Shown here piece by piece: positions 10,869-21,163 of a DNA stretch of 64,000 nucleotides. This stretch comes from a virus (Duplodnaviria > Caudoviricetes): positions 2,107-66,106 of IMG/VR virus record IMGVR_UViG_3300035201_000245. One strand, given 5' to 3'. The stretch's first letter is position 1. The number at the start of each line of letters is the position of its first letter. Below the pieces are notes generated by a model. That model was given only the letters and a program-made list of their open reading frames with translations, ran no database searches and was not told the origin of the DNA. Made by a program: the position numbers and the translations under genes.

Positions 10869-13800
10869 TTAGTGTAAATCAACCCAGGCTGCTCCAGTAA
10901 ATCCTTGGAACTTACTTGTAGCAGTATTGAACATCATTGCACCTGCAGTTGTACCTAAACCAACAACGCTGCTGACCTTAGGAAGAATCATAAAGGTGTT
11001 AATTCCAACACCTTCCGCAAGATCTAATGTTGCTCTAGGTGATGCAGTTCCAACTCCAGCAGAAGAAACTCCAATAATAGTATTAATAGATGCAGTAACA
11101 GCAGTTACAATTCCTGAGAATGTTGCATTACCGTTAGAATTAATAGTTGCACCAGTTCCAACGCTAAGTCTATCAACACTAGCATAATCATAATTTACAT
11201 CAGTGCTTATGTTACCAAATCTCTTCCAGGCTTTATCGGTTGTGTAAACCCATCCAAGATACTTACCACCTTGTGGATTATCATTGAAAGTAATATCACC
11301 AGGAGTTGCTGAATCAGTTGGAGTAGCAATTCCAACGGTTAACTTACGTGATACTGATGCATCTCCTTGTAAGAATAGAGATGATGCTTCAAGTCCCTTA
11401 GTAGAAGATGAAGTTACCTTATTACTAAAGACAACTGGACCTTTAAACTCAGAGATTGACTTATTCTGATCTCCACCATCAATCTTAATAGACTGTGTGA
11501 ACTCACCTTCAGTTGCATTAACAATATTGACTCCCTTCTTAACAGAGATGTCTTCACCTGTTACCGTTCTGATTGGAGTATTAACAACTTCTTCCTTACC
11601 AGTAACAGAATTTAACTTCTTATTACCAGAGTAGAAGATACCCTTATCATTCATACCAGTGAAGTAGTTAATACCACCATTCTTTCTGAGAGATTGACCT
11701 AACAACTCTTCAGTATCTGATATTTGACGGGTTTGTTTCTCTGGAAGTGCAGTTGAGTAGTTACCTGGACCAAATCCAACGTACTCAAATGTATGACCTG
11801 CAACTCTATTAATTGAATGTCTTCTTAATTCAACAGGCAGTGGTCTAATTCTACGAACAACTGCATTTGCTGCGTGTGTTGCTGCTTTTGTTCCAAGACA
11901 AGCACGGAAAACATAAAGTGGGTTTGTTACAGGATTAGCAGGAGTAGTCTTAATTCTGACTATCTCATCATCAATCACGAAGTAATCACCCATCTGTAAT
12001 CCAATTTCATCTTGCTCACCAGCAGTTAAATTCATTTCTGTGGTGGTCTTAGTCATTGCAGCATTCAAGTTTGTATGAAGATTATTCAAATCTCCACTAA
12101 TTGGTGTCATTCTTCCGTTTAGACTCTCATCTTCTAATGTTGGAGTACCATTTGCACAAGCAAAACCTGTACGTTCAACAAACATAGAAGAACCAACAGA
12201 TATTGTACCTGCACTAACTGTCTTACCAGCACCAACATTTAACTCAAATTCATTCCAAGTATTACTCTTGGTTACAACATAATCTCCAACAAAGTAATCT
12301 TTAGCAGAAGGTCCAGTACTTGCACCATCTGTTCTAACACCAACAGTAGATATAGCAACCTTAACCTTAGCATTTACACTTAATCCGTGAGCAGTTGATA
12401 CTCCAACTGTTGCAATACCTAAACTTGTATCATAAGTGAATGTACTAATACCAAGAGCATCTCCAGTATTATATAAGTATGCATTAGAAGTTACAACAGA
12501 ACCTATACCTGCAGTTGTTACACCTGTTACTGGAGTATTACCAACAACAGTGAAACTTCTTGCTGCACCTACATGAACATCAAGAATACGATAAAGATTG
12601 TTATATTGTCCGTAAGTTTCTGATGATACACCAGCAATTCTAACAATATTACCTATATTGTTGTAAATCTTACTGACGGTAATCTTAGCAGCACTGTATC
12701 CTGTACCGACACTACTTGCGTGAGTTGTAATACCCGCAACATATAATGTGTTACCAATACCATAAGCACTACCACCATTCATGATGAGTAGTTCAGTAAT
12801 ACCACCACTATTCTTATCTACAGTAACCTTCGCAGTAGCAAAGTGTCCAGTTGTTGTACCAATACCAGCACTAGTCCAAACAAAATGCTGCTCGCTATTT
12901 AATAACTGAGCATTATAGTAGACTTCTTCAGTACCACCACCTGTACCATATCCACCACCACTACTTGCAATACTGACTTGAGTAACAGGATTTAATCCAT
13001 GATCAGCATCAGTGTAAATGGTATGAACCTTAGAATTAGGGAAGTTAAATGATCCTACTGGAATCTTAACTGGTTGTGAAGCAATTCCAGTTGTACTGGA
13101 AGCTGGGGCCATATGTGTCTCAGTAGAACCAACACTTGTTATAATCTGTGTTATACCAACACCGACTTTAACATCACTCATAAAGTTATCAAGTGCTTCT
13201 CTAGTAAGACTATCTCTAACATCACTTACAGTAACATCTCCAATTGGATCCGAAACAGCATGAGTTGTTGTTGCTTCAGGATCAAGAACAGGGTTATCAC
13301 GATTTACTTGAGGATAAAGATACTTAACTGGTTGAATAAATTTCTCTCCAGTAAATGGTGAAACAGAAGGAGCATTTGATGACTTTAATGCAGTTACATA
13401 GTAAATACCATCTTGCTTACCACTAACATACTGCTGAACTTCTTCAGTATCCTGAACAACATATGAATTATTATAATTCTTTCTCTTAAAGTATGGGAGA
13501 TCAATATCTCTTGTTGTAGTATCGTTTGTAAATGAACCACCATCAGTTGACATTCCAACAAAGAATTCCCTTGCACTTGTAATACCAGTAATAGCAAATG
13601 TACCATTAAATCCAGAATTACCAGCACCAGTAGTATTCACACTACTCTTAACATTAGCAATCTCAACAAGAGAACCAACAGATAAGTTATGTGGTTGCTC
13701 TGTTAAATATCTTGCTCTATCAACACTAGTTGATGAATCCCAGTTTGCATGTGCAATTAAATTAAAGTTTCTTTGCTGATTGACATTAGTTAATGAACCA

Positions 13801-16280
13801 GTACCAAAGTAAGTCTGAACTTCTGCAGTTGTTGATCCAATAGAAGTATTAGACTCCTGAATAACATATCCACTTGTAGGAGGTCTTGCAACAGAACCAC
13901 CAGTGGATGAAGGAATAATATATCTTAAACGATACGTAGTATCTTCTGCTTTTCTATCATCAGTCTTTCTCTTAATATAAGTTCTAGGAGAAGCATTTCC
14001 TAATCCCGCAGTTCCTTGATTTAGGAAATATGGATGAATTGCATCTTTTCCTATAGCAGTATCAATACCAACCTTAACATACCATTGAGAAGCAGTTGTA
14101 TCATACTGAATAGGATGTCCAATATCACCAGAATCCTTATCAGATACTCTACTTACAATTTTTAGAGGTCCACCAAGATTGTTAATCGTTAATGCTGTTG
14201 TATTCTCTGCATCATTTAAAGTCTTAGCAAGTTTTAAACCAACATTAGTTGATATTCCTGTAGTAATAGCATAATATATTCTATTTGGATCGATTCCATC
14301 AGGCAATCTACCGTCAGAACTTATAACCCTAACAGTTTCTCCATTCTCAAAAGTATGTGCTGCTGTTAATTCAAACTGATTACTTGTAATACTATTGATA
14401 CCAGTAGCACTTCTATTAACTTTAAAACTCTTCTCTCCACTCGTTTGTGAATTAGGCATCACAATACGAGAACTAAACTCCGAACTAACACCTGCAGAAA
14501 TAGGAATTAATACATTAAGTCTATCAGATGCTGCTGCACCTACTCTATAACCATCAACAACACTCTCTGGTTTAACAGATGAATTTGTTTGTCCCTTAAG
14601 ATACAAACGTTCACAAGTTGTACCAGAACCAACTATCTTAGAAATATCAAGAGCAGTAAATTCTACAGTCTTTTCAGTAGACTGGAATCCTTTTGGAGGA
14701 ATAACGTGTGTAATATATCCTAAATCGTCCTGTGAATACGCATCCTTTTTATATCCTGCAGAAACTAATGCCTTTGCACCAAAGTTTGAATTGGAGTTGG
14801 TGATAGACATATCACCACCAGTATCAGTAACAAAGTGTTCTGCATAACCTATAGCAAATGCTGATGCTGCTTGAATTGTTGCATCATTAATTGCTTTAAT
14901 ATGATAGTTATTATATGCAGGTTTAAAGACTGCTCTCGAATCTGTAACTAAATTCTCATTTCCAGTAACAGTACCATCATCATATGCACCTGTAGTTGCA
15001 TTATACTTTAAGAATGCATTATTATCCTTCTGCAATCCAATACCTGTGTACTGGGCAACAACCATTGATTTAAATCCAGTTGCTTTGTTACCATCTGCAA
15101 GCAAACCACACATACCATAAACTGATCTCAATGAGCAGTTAAAGATATATGGAGAAGCAGAGGAAACAGTATCAACAGTAAGAGCTGCTACACCACCAGA
15201 TGTACCTGGAAGTGCATCAGAAGGAGCATTTTGTACAGAATACTTAAATTGAGTAGAATTTACCTTCTCTGTAATAACAAATCGACCATTATATGAAGTA
15301 TCAGTTAATCCACTAATATGAACTGCAGTATCTACATCTGCACCAGTCAGAGCAGAAGTAGTAGTAACTGTAATAACTGTAGATGAGGTTGTACCATCAC
15401 CCGATTTAATGCTACTAATACCTACAGAACCTGCAGTAGGACCAACAATACGATATTCATCAACTTTAGGTTGAATATCTAATCCAGTTGATGGATAATC
15501 TGGTTCTATTTCACGACCAGATGTAACACCATAAACTAAACCAACCTTCTCATAATACATGTCAAGGTCAGTTCTGGTATTAGAACCATAAGTTTGGTTA
15601 TTATCATTAATACTTACCTTGTTTACACCATCAGCATATTCAAATGCAGTTAACTTATGGTGTGAAAAATCAGGTGCATATGCATTATTAGTATAATCTA
15701 GATATACCTGTCCGTTTGGATCTCCATCAAATATAGAGAATTGCCAGAAATAACATCCACCAGTTACACGGAATATTGCGGATTTTTCAACATTATCATT
15801 AGTTGGATTAGGAACATACTTAGGACGGATCTTGGTCTTTCTAAGATCCATACCAACAAGTGAAGTACCACGAGGTACAATTACACCACCATAAACACTA
15901 TTCAGTTTATAAAGTGAATTATTAACATTAGATAACTCAAAATTAGTATTTAAATCCCATGCACTAAAATCAGAAGAGGTTGAACCAAATCTATCTCTAA
16001 AATTTCCAGATCCATCAGGAATCCAACCAGGCCTATTATCTACTACGTGCTCACCAGGATACAACAAGATTGTGGTTTGACCAAAACGATCATTATTCAA
16101 ACCACGTTGATATGAAAACCTTGATGCCTCTACGAGTGCTCTTTGAATCGTCTTAAATGGACGAGTTAATGAATTCCCTTTATTCTCAACACTATCCGTT
16201 GCATCCAAATCATTTGGACTGACATACAGGATATTCCCGCGAACATTTTTGAGAAAATTCTCTAATCTGGAAAGACCCAT
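10869..16280 (-). CDS. Large virion structural / tail-baseplate-associated protein (1803 aa)
   Basis: MGLSRLENFLKN...ILYV...RPFKTIQRAL N-terminus typical of cyanomyovirus large structural proteins; fibre-like C-terminus; TATAAATA upstream. Confidence 0.8.
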   Translation of the reverse strand: MGLSRLENFLKNVRGNILYVSPNDLDATDSVENKGNSLTRPFKTIQRALVEASRFSYQRGLNNDRFGQTTILLYPGEHVVDNRPGWIPDGSGNFRDRFGSTSSDFSAWDLNTNFELSNVNNSLYKLNSVYGGVIVPRGTSLVGMDLRKTKIRPKYVPNPTNDNVEKSAIFRVTGGCYFWQFSIFDGDPNGQVYLDYTNNAYAPDFSHHKLTAFEYADGVNKVSINDNNQTYGSNTRTDLDMYYEKVGLVYGVTSGREIEPDYPSTGLDIQPKVDEYRIVGPTAGSVGISSIKSGDGTTSSTVITVTTTSALTGADVDTAVHISGLTDTSYNGRFVITEKVNSTQFKYSVQNAPSDALPGTSGGVAALTVDTVSSASPYIFNCSLRSVYGMCGLLADGNKATGFKSMVVAQYTGIGLQKDNNAFLKYNATTGAYDDGTVTGNENLVTDSRAVFKPAYNNYHIKAINDATIQAASAFAIGYAEHFVTDTGGDMSITNSNSNFGAKALVSAGYKKDAYSQDDLGYITHVIPPKGFQSTEKTVEFTALDISKIVGSGTTCERLYLKGQTNSSVKPESVVDGYRVGAAASDRLNVLIPISAGVSSEFSSRIVMPNSQTSGEKSFKVNRSATGINSITSNQFELTAAHTFENGETVRVISSDGRLPDGIDPNRIYYAITTGISTNVGLKLAKTLNDAENTTALTINNLGGPLKIVSRVSDKDSGDIGHPIQYDTTASQWYVKVGIDTAIGKDAIHPYFLNQGTAGLGNASPRTYIKRKTDDRKAEDTTYRLRYIIPSSTGGSVARPPTSGYVIQESNTSIGSTTAEVQTYFGTGSLTNVNQQRNFNLIAHANWDSSTSVDRARYLTEQPHNLSVGSLVEIANVKSSVNTTGAGNSGFNGTFAITGITSAREFFVGMSTDGGSFTNDTTTRDIDLPYFKRKNYNNSYVVQDTEEVQQYVSGKQDGIYYVTALKSSNAPSVSPFTGEKFIQPVKYLYPQVNRDNPVLDPEATTTHAVSDPIGDVTVSDVRDSLTREALDNFMSDVKVGVGITQIITSVGSTETHMAPASSTTGIASQPVKIPVGSFNFPNSKVHTIYTDADHGLNPVTQVSIASSGGGYGTGGGTEEVYYNAQLLNSEQHFVWTSAGIGTTTGHFATAKVTVDKNSGGITELLIMNGGSAYGIGNTLYVAGITTHASSVGTGYSAAKITVSKIYNNIGNIVRIAGVSSETYGQYNNLYRILDVHVGAARSFTVVGNTPVTGVTTAGIGSVVTSNAYLYNTGDALGISTFTYDTSLGIATVGVSTAHGLSVNAKVKVAISTVGVRTDGASTGPSAKDYFVGDYVVTKSNTWNEFELNVGAGKTVSAGTISVGSSMFVERTGFACANGTPTLEDESLNGRMTPISGDLNNLHTNLNAAMTKTTTEMNLTAGEQDEIGLQMGDYFVIDDEIVRIKTTPANPVTNPLYVFRACLGTKAATHAANAVVRRIRPLPVELRRHSINRVAGHTFEYVGFGPGNYSTALPEKQTRQISDTEELLGQSLRKNGGINYFTGMNDKGIFYSGNKKLNSVTGKEEVVNTPIRTVTGEDISVKKGVNIVNATEGEFTQSIKIDGGDQNKSISEFKGPVVFSNKVTSSSTKGLEASSLFLQGDASVSRKLTVGIATPTDSATPGDITFNDNPQGGKYLGWVYTTDKAWKRFGNISTDVNYDYASVDRLSVGTGATINSNGNATFSGIVTAVTASINTIIGVSSAGVGTASPRATLDLAEGVGINTFMILPKVSSVVGLGTTAGAMMFNTATSKFQGFTGAAWVDLH

Positions 16281-16315
16281 GTTATTGTTCCAAGCTATAT
16301 GTATCCGTTATGGAT

Positions 16316-16323
16316 TATTTATA
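16316..16323 (-). promoter_or_regulatory. T4-type late promoter TATAAATA
   Basis: tatttata on + strand about 35 nt upstream of the ATG at 16280. Confidence 0.75.
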
Positions 16324-16341
16324 ATTAATGCTAACATGTAT

Positions 16342-16776
16342 TTATGGACGCGATTCTAGAATTTCTGACCAACCAGTTCTGTTACTATCATAAAATGTAT
16401 AGGAATCATATAATTCTTCATCCCATCTATAAGGTTTTCCATCATTAGGATATGCAATTGGGGCTTCCCATCGGCAAGTAGTTTCATTTAAAACCCAAGA
16501 ATTCCATACAATTCCATCCATTTGAGGTTGTGGATCTATAAAAGCATCTTTATCTGCATCATAAGTACCACCTACTGTTGCATAATTTTTTCGCATATTT
16601 GAATTATAAGATGTTTGTTTATAAGTAACTCCTCCACCACCATGAATCTGTTCTAAAAAATCAATACCTAATTGCTCTTGTTCATCACCATTAGAATCAG
16701 TGATCACTGCGTTATTAACTACTTCAATGTTAATAACTTTATTTGTGGAATTATCTATTGTTGCGAAATGTGCCAT
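16342..16776 (-). CDS. Fibre-associated small protein (MAHFA family; probable chaperone)
   Basis: MAHFA...YKQTSYN..RKNYA..G.TYD...DAFI.PQP...W.L.E.TCRWEAP; translationally coupled to the glycine-rich gene. Confidence 0.7.
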   Translation of the reverse strand: MAHFATIDNSTNKVINIEVVNNAVITDSNGDEQEQLGIDFLEQIHGGGGVTYKQTSYNSNMRKNYATVGGTYDADKDAFIDPQPQMDGIVWNSWVLNETTCRWEAPIAYPNDGKPYRWDEELYDSYTFYDSNRTGWSEILESRP

Positions 16777-17699
16777 TATACAGTATAAGTACCTGAAGCA
16801 TTGTATGTTATTATGGTATAACCATCAGCAGTTGTAACAGATGGTGATCCTGATGTCGTACCTGAATAATCAGCAGCTGCCATCTTAATTATAACAACTC
16901 CTGATCCACCAGCACCACTAGGTTGTGCAACACCAGGAGGGGAAGGGGATGTATCAAAGTTTCCTCCACCACCTCCACCTGATCCAGTGTTAACAGTTCC
17001 TGCAGATGCTAGTCGTTGAATAGGTGATGATCTTCCTGCACCATGACCGCCACCGCCTGAACCTGCTTCACCACCACCATAGTTAGGATCATTAGTAGCC
17101 CAATATCCAGTACCACCACCACCTCCACCTGCTCTTGTTACTCCAGAACCAGTAATTGAGGATGAACGTCCTGCTCCTCCATCTCCTGAATGACCTACAG
17201 ATGGAGCATTTTGTCCAACACCTCCTGCTCCTCCACCGCCACCACCTGCTTGTTCCCACCAAGTACCATGATGACCGCCATCTTCACCACCATCATGACC
17301 TTGATAAGTTGCAGTACCAAAAGTTCCACCATCATTTATACCAGAACCTCCAGGATAACCACCTAATCCACCACCAGCACCTCCACCTGAACCACCATCA
17401 CAAGATGCAGGACTAGTATTAAAATTAGCACCACCACCTCCTCCTGTTGAGGTTATATCAGCCATAACAGAATTCGATCCCGCATTTCCATTTGCTACGA
17501 TTGAAGCTCCACCAGCACCTACAGTTATTGTTACTGTACCAGAAATTTTATGATTAGTACCTATTCTATAACCACCAGCACCACCTCCTCCACCAGCATA
17601 TCCACCACCACCTGCTCCGCTACCTCCACCAGCGATAACTAGATATTCAACCTCAATGGATTTAGCTCCATGACCCAAGAGAATCTGCTGAATAGCCAT
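16776..17699 (-). CDS. Glycine-rich tail fibre tip/adhesin-like protein
   Basis: VEYLVIAGGG..GGGGAGG, GGSGVVII glycine-rich domain. Confidence 0.75.
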   Translation of the reverse strand: MAIQQILLGHGAKSIEVEYLVIAGGGSGAGGGGYAGGGGGAGGYRIGTNHKISGTVTITVGAGGASIVANGNAGSNSVMADITSTGGGGGANFNTSPASCDGGSGGGAGGGLGGYPGGSGINDGGTFGTATYQGHDGGEDGGHHGTWWEQAGGGGGGAGGVGQNAPSVGHSGDGGAGRSSSITGSGVTRAGGGGGGTGYWATNDPNYGGGEAGSGGGGHGAGRSSPIQRLASAGTVNTGSGGGGGGNFDTSPSPPGVAQPSGAGGSGVVIIKMAAADYSGTTSGSPSVTTADGYTIITYNASGTYTV

Positions 17700-17700
17700 T

Positions 17701-19560
17701 TTAACTTAACCCCGAACCTGAAATGTAAGCAGTAGATCCATTATGGAACCACACAGTTGCAACCCCTCTTCCAGCTAAAGTTCTATTTCCAGTAGTACCA
17801 GCATCACCTCCCAAATACATTGTAAGACTAGATCCTTGTGTAATTGTTTGATTACTATTACTTGAATTGACTATTGTAACTGCTTCACCACCTGCAAAAG
17901 TAGCATTAGGTACTGTTACTCCTCCAGTAGTAATATGAATTGCCTTACCACCATCAGTAGCAACTAATGTATAAGCACTTGTTTTACTAACATTTGGTAT
18001 ATCTCTAACATCACCTTTACTATCATCTATTGTTCCACTAAATATAGCATTTCCACTTGAGTTGATAGTAAGTCTCGTTCCAGCATTAACCCAAAACTCC
18101 ATTTTATTATCAGTATGATTATACTGAACATAACCAGGAGCCCAAGAATCAGAATCACCAAAAACTACTCCACCAATTCCAGTATTATTGGCAACATTTA
18201 CACTTAACCAACTATTTGCATTGGAGGTATTTTTAAATGCTGCAACTTGTCCTGCATTATCTCTTGCTGTTTGACCTGCACCCATCCACCCAGTTGTGTC
18301 GATGCGAAGTCTTTCTGTTGCTGATTCTGCACCATCAGCAGTTGTACTGAATACCAAACGACCTGGCATATCTCCAGCACCAGGCGTTCCATCTACTTCT
18401 GCCTTGATGCTTGCAGCAATAGACAAATAATCAACACCATCATCACCTCTGAATTGAATTTCTCCTAGATTATCATCATCCTGAACAATAGTCTTTGATC
18501 CGGCCGTACCATTTCTACTTTTTGCCATTACATGAGTTGGACCAGAGGCAGAAGCAGTAAATCTTATTTGAGAAGATGAAGAAGTATTTCCATCTTCACC
18601 TACAAGTTGACTTCTAAATCCATAACCAATATCAGAAGTGTGTCCTAAAAGTAATCTACCACTTGAGTCGATCATTAATCTAGTTTGGTTTCCATTAACA
18701 CGGAAGATCATAGAATTATCACCGTGATTATACATTATCTGCCCAACACGATTACTTCCATCATCAGCAAACTGTATGACTCCACCACCACCTTCTCCAT
18801 AGATGGTCATTCCACGCCAACCAGAACCACCAACAACTAAATCATCTCCTTCGGAATGAGCAGCAAATGTATGTGTAGCAGCATCTCCAATTGTTACAGA
18901 ACCACCTGAATCGATGCGAAGTCTTTCTGTTGGTGCTGCTGCTCCATCAGCAGTTGTTTGGAAAGTTAACCTAGTAGGTATATCATTAGAACCTGGAGTT
19001 CCATCTACTGTTGCTTCTATTCTCGCACCTTCAGATGCAATATCAGTTCCGTCACCACCACCAAATCTAATAGCTCCTAAATCATCAGCATCTTGAATAA
19101 CTGTTACCGCACCAAGAGCTGTTCCTCTGGATTTAGCTAAAGAAATATAAGGTCCGTGTGCATCATTAGAGTTACGAACAGCAGAAAAACCAGCAGCAGC
19201 AGTAAGACCTTCAACTTGAACTAATTGAGCACCACCTACAGCACTACGAGAACTACCACCACCATGAACAAGATTTCCAGATGCGTCTATAATTGCTCTA
19301 TCATCTCCATTTGTACCAAAGGTCAATACATTACCTGACCCGTTAGATATACTTGCTCCTAAACCTATATTTAATCCACCACCCTGAGAAAAGTCAGTCC
19401 ATGCTGCTCCAACTGATGCTGTGGCAAAGGTAGTTACTCCAGTTGAACCAGTAATCGTTCTTAAAAGTGATCCATCAGCTTTATGGATCGACAAAGAATT
19501 ACCCGTTTGAACGGTAATTGAATTTATACCAGAAACTGCATTTGGATGTACAACAGTCAT
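17701..19560 (-). CDS. Mosaic tail fibre protein
   Basis: Repeated KSRG...VQDxDxLG.I.F.GxDG...VDGTPG.NDMPGRL.F.TTADGA...TERLRID modules. Confidence 0.8.
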   Translation of the reverse strand: MTVVHPNAVSGINSITVQTGNSLSIHKADGSLLRTITGSTGVTTFATASVGAAWTDFSQGGGLNIGLGASISNGSGNVLTFGTNGDDRAIIDASGNLVHGGGSSRSAVGGAQLVQVEGLTAAAGFSAVRNSNDAHGPYISLAKSRGTALGAVTVIQDADDLGAIRFGGGDGTDIASEGARIEATVDGTPGSNDIPTRLTFQTTADGAAAPTERLRIDSGGSVTIGDAATHTFAAHSEGDDLVVGGSGWRGMTIYGEGGGGVIQFADDGSNRVGQIMYNHGDNSMIFRVNGNQTRLMIDSSGRLLLGHTSDIGYGFRSQLVGEDGNTSSSSQIRFTASASGPTHVMAKSRNGTAGSKTIVQDDDNLGEIQFRGDDGVDYLSIAASIKAEVDGTPGAGDMPGRLVFSTTADGAESATERLRIDTTGWMGAGQTARDNAGQVAAFKNTSNANSWLSVNVANNTGIGGVVFGDSDSWAPGYVQYNHTDNKMEFWVNAGTRLTINSSGNAIFSGTIDDSKGDVRDIPNVSKTSAYTLVATDGGKAIHITTGGVTVPNATFAGGEAVTIVNSSNSNQTITQGSSLTMYLGGDAGTTGNRTLAGRGVATVWFHNGSTAYISGSGLS

Positions 19561-19561
19561 T

Positions 19562-19595
19562 TCGGGTTCACTCTCCCCCTAGTTTTTACTATTTA
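19562..19595 (-). repeat. 34-bp late-promoter/RBS leader repeat, copy 3
   Basis: Identical to 8529..8562. Confidence 0.9.
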
Positions 19596-19602
19596 TTGAT
19601 AT

Positions 19603-21111
19603 TTATGCTGATTCAAGTGCTTCAACCCTAGCAACCAATTCTTGAAGTGCTTTAGTTAATAAAGGTGTAAATTTACCATAATCAACACCTTGAGGATTAA
19701 TTTCAGTGCTTGAGTATTGTCCAGTCCAATCACCTACCTTTTTACCTTCAGGAATTGTATCTCCTGATTTGTAGTAAGTAGGAGCCATCTCATCTTTAGT
19801 TCCTGTTACGGCTGTAGGTACAACTTCAGCTGCTTCGTGTGCATAAAAACCATCTACTTTGTCACTAGGATACGTTTTAAAGTTAAAGGTATAAGGTTTA
19901 AGTGCTTTTAACTTAGTTATAGCATTCTCTAATGGTACTTCATTCTCTTTTAAACGATAGTCAGAACTGGTATTAAACGAAGTAGCAGCTGCATTAGTTT
20001 TAATACTACCTACATTACCATTTCCAGGATTAAAGAACATGAATAAACTTGCTGTAGTATTACCAGTCGCATACCACTTACCTCCAATGTTTGCATTACC
20101 TAATGAAATACCACCATTAGTAACACCTGAATCAACAGCACAACATACAATTGGTCCATTATCAGCCATTGCTATATTCATTTTTTCTTCCCAAGAACCA
20201 GAAGTAGCTGAATCTATAGAAAATCCACCACCAGCAGCTACATTGAGTCGCCACCTATCATCATCATCATCACCTTCATCAGCACTAAGATGTATATTAC
20301 AATCACCACCTTCTGCTCCCCAAACATCTATTCCAGTTGATGTTGTAGCAAAAACCTTAGTATTATCGCTATAAAGTGATACAACCCCATCATCTGCAAA
20401 TTTTCCAAAAATTTCATTACCACCAATATCTCCAATTATAACCTCTGCATCTGACTGTAAATGTAGATTTGAATTAGGAGCACGGATAATTCCTTGTGTT
20501 CCATCCGAATACAAGTACAAATCTTCTCCAGCTCCAGCAGAGAACCTTCCATTATCTGGTATTATACATTTACCATCATTATCAATGCGAAGTCTTTCTG
20601 TTGTTCCAGCAGTTTTAAATATATGCACACCTGCTGCCGCTGGATTATCAACAACATACTCCATATCACCTGAAGTATTATGTTTTATCCATGAATAATC
20701 ACTACCAGCACCATCACCGTCTGAATCACCATCAAAATAAATGCTAGCTCCACCAGCATCAGTAGAACCAATCAGTATATGAGTATCGCCACTTCCAGTT
20801 TCTTTTAATTGATTTGTCCCATTCCAAGTAAGATTTACTTCACCTTCTAGTGTATTAGCAGTACCTGAACCAGTTATTAATCTATTATCTGCATTATTGT
20901 TTATTGTTGTTCCAGTAATACCAGTTAAATTTGCACCACTACCATAATATGTTGTAGCAGTAATAACACCAACATTTAATACCTTAGTATTTGCAGAAAC
21001 AGCAGCATTACTTGGAACGGAACTTCCAATACCAACGTTACCAGATGAGTCCTGCCAAACTCCACCTGTTCCGCTTCTGTGTAACCAACCGTTGAATCTA
21101 ATATCAGACAT
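19603..21111 (-). CDS. Tail fibre with C-terminal intramolecular chaperone (peptidase S74-type autocleavage) domain
   Basis: TSSDYRLKEN...LKPYTFNFK...GFYAHE...VDYGKFTPLLTKALQEL coiled coil. Confidence 0.85.
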   Translation of the reverse strand: MSDIRFNGWLHRSGTGGVWQDSSGNVGIGSSVPSNAAVSANTKVLNVGVITATTYYGSGANLTGITGTTINNNADNRLITGSGTANTLEGEVNLTWNGTNQLKETGSGDTHILIGSTDAGGASIYFDGDSDGDGAGSDYSWIKHNTSGDMEYVVDNPAAAGVHIFKTAGTTERLRIDNDGKCIIPDNGRFSAGAGEDLYLYSDGTQGIIRAPNSNLHLQSDAEVIIGDIGGNEIFGKFADDGVVSLYSDNTKVFATTSTGIDVWGAEGGDCNIHLSADEGDDDDDRWRLNVAAGGGFSIDSATSGSWEEKMNIAMADNGPIVCCAVDSGVTNGGISLGNANIGGKWYATGNTTASLFMFFNPGNGNVGSIKTNAAATSFNTSSDYRLKENEVPLENAITKLKALKPYTFNFKTYPSDKVDGFYAHEAAEVVPTAVTGTKDEMAPTYYKSGDTIPEGKKVGDWTGQYSSTEINPQGVDYGKFTPLLTKALQELVARVEALESA

Positions 21112-21118
21112 TGTTTAT

Positions 21119-21163
21119 TACTTTTTAGATATTTAGGAAAGATTTGAATAACATTATGTATCA
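21119..21163 (-). repeat. 45-bp direct repeat A (gene end + late promoter)
   Basis: tactttttagatatttaggaaagatttgaataacattatgtatca; 43/45 identical to 22676..22720. Confidence 0.9.
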
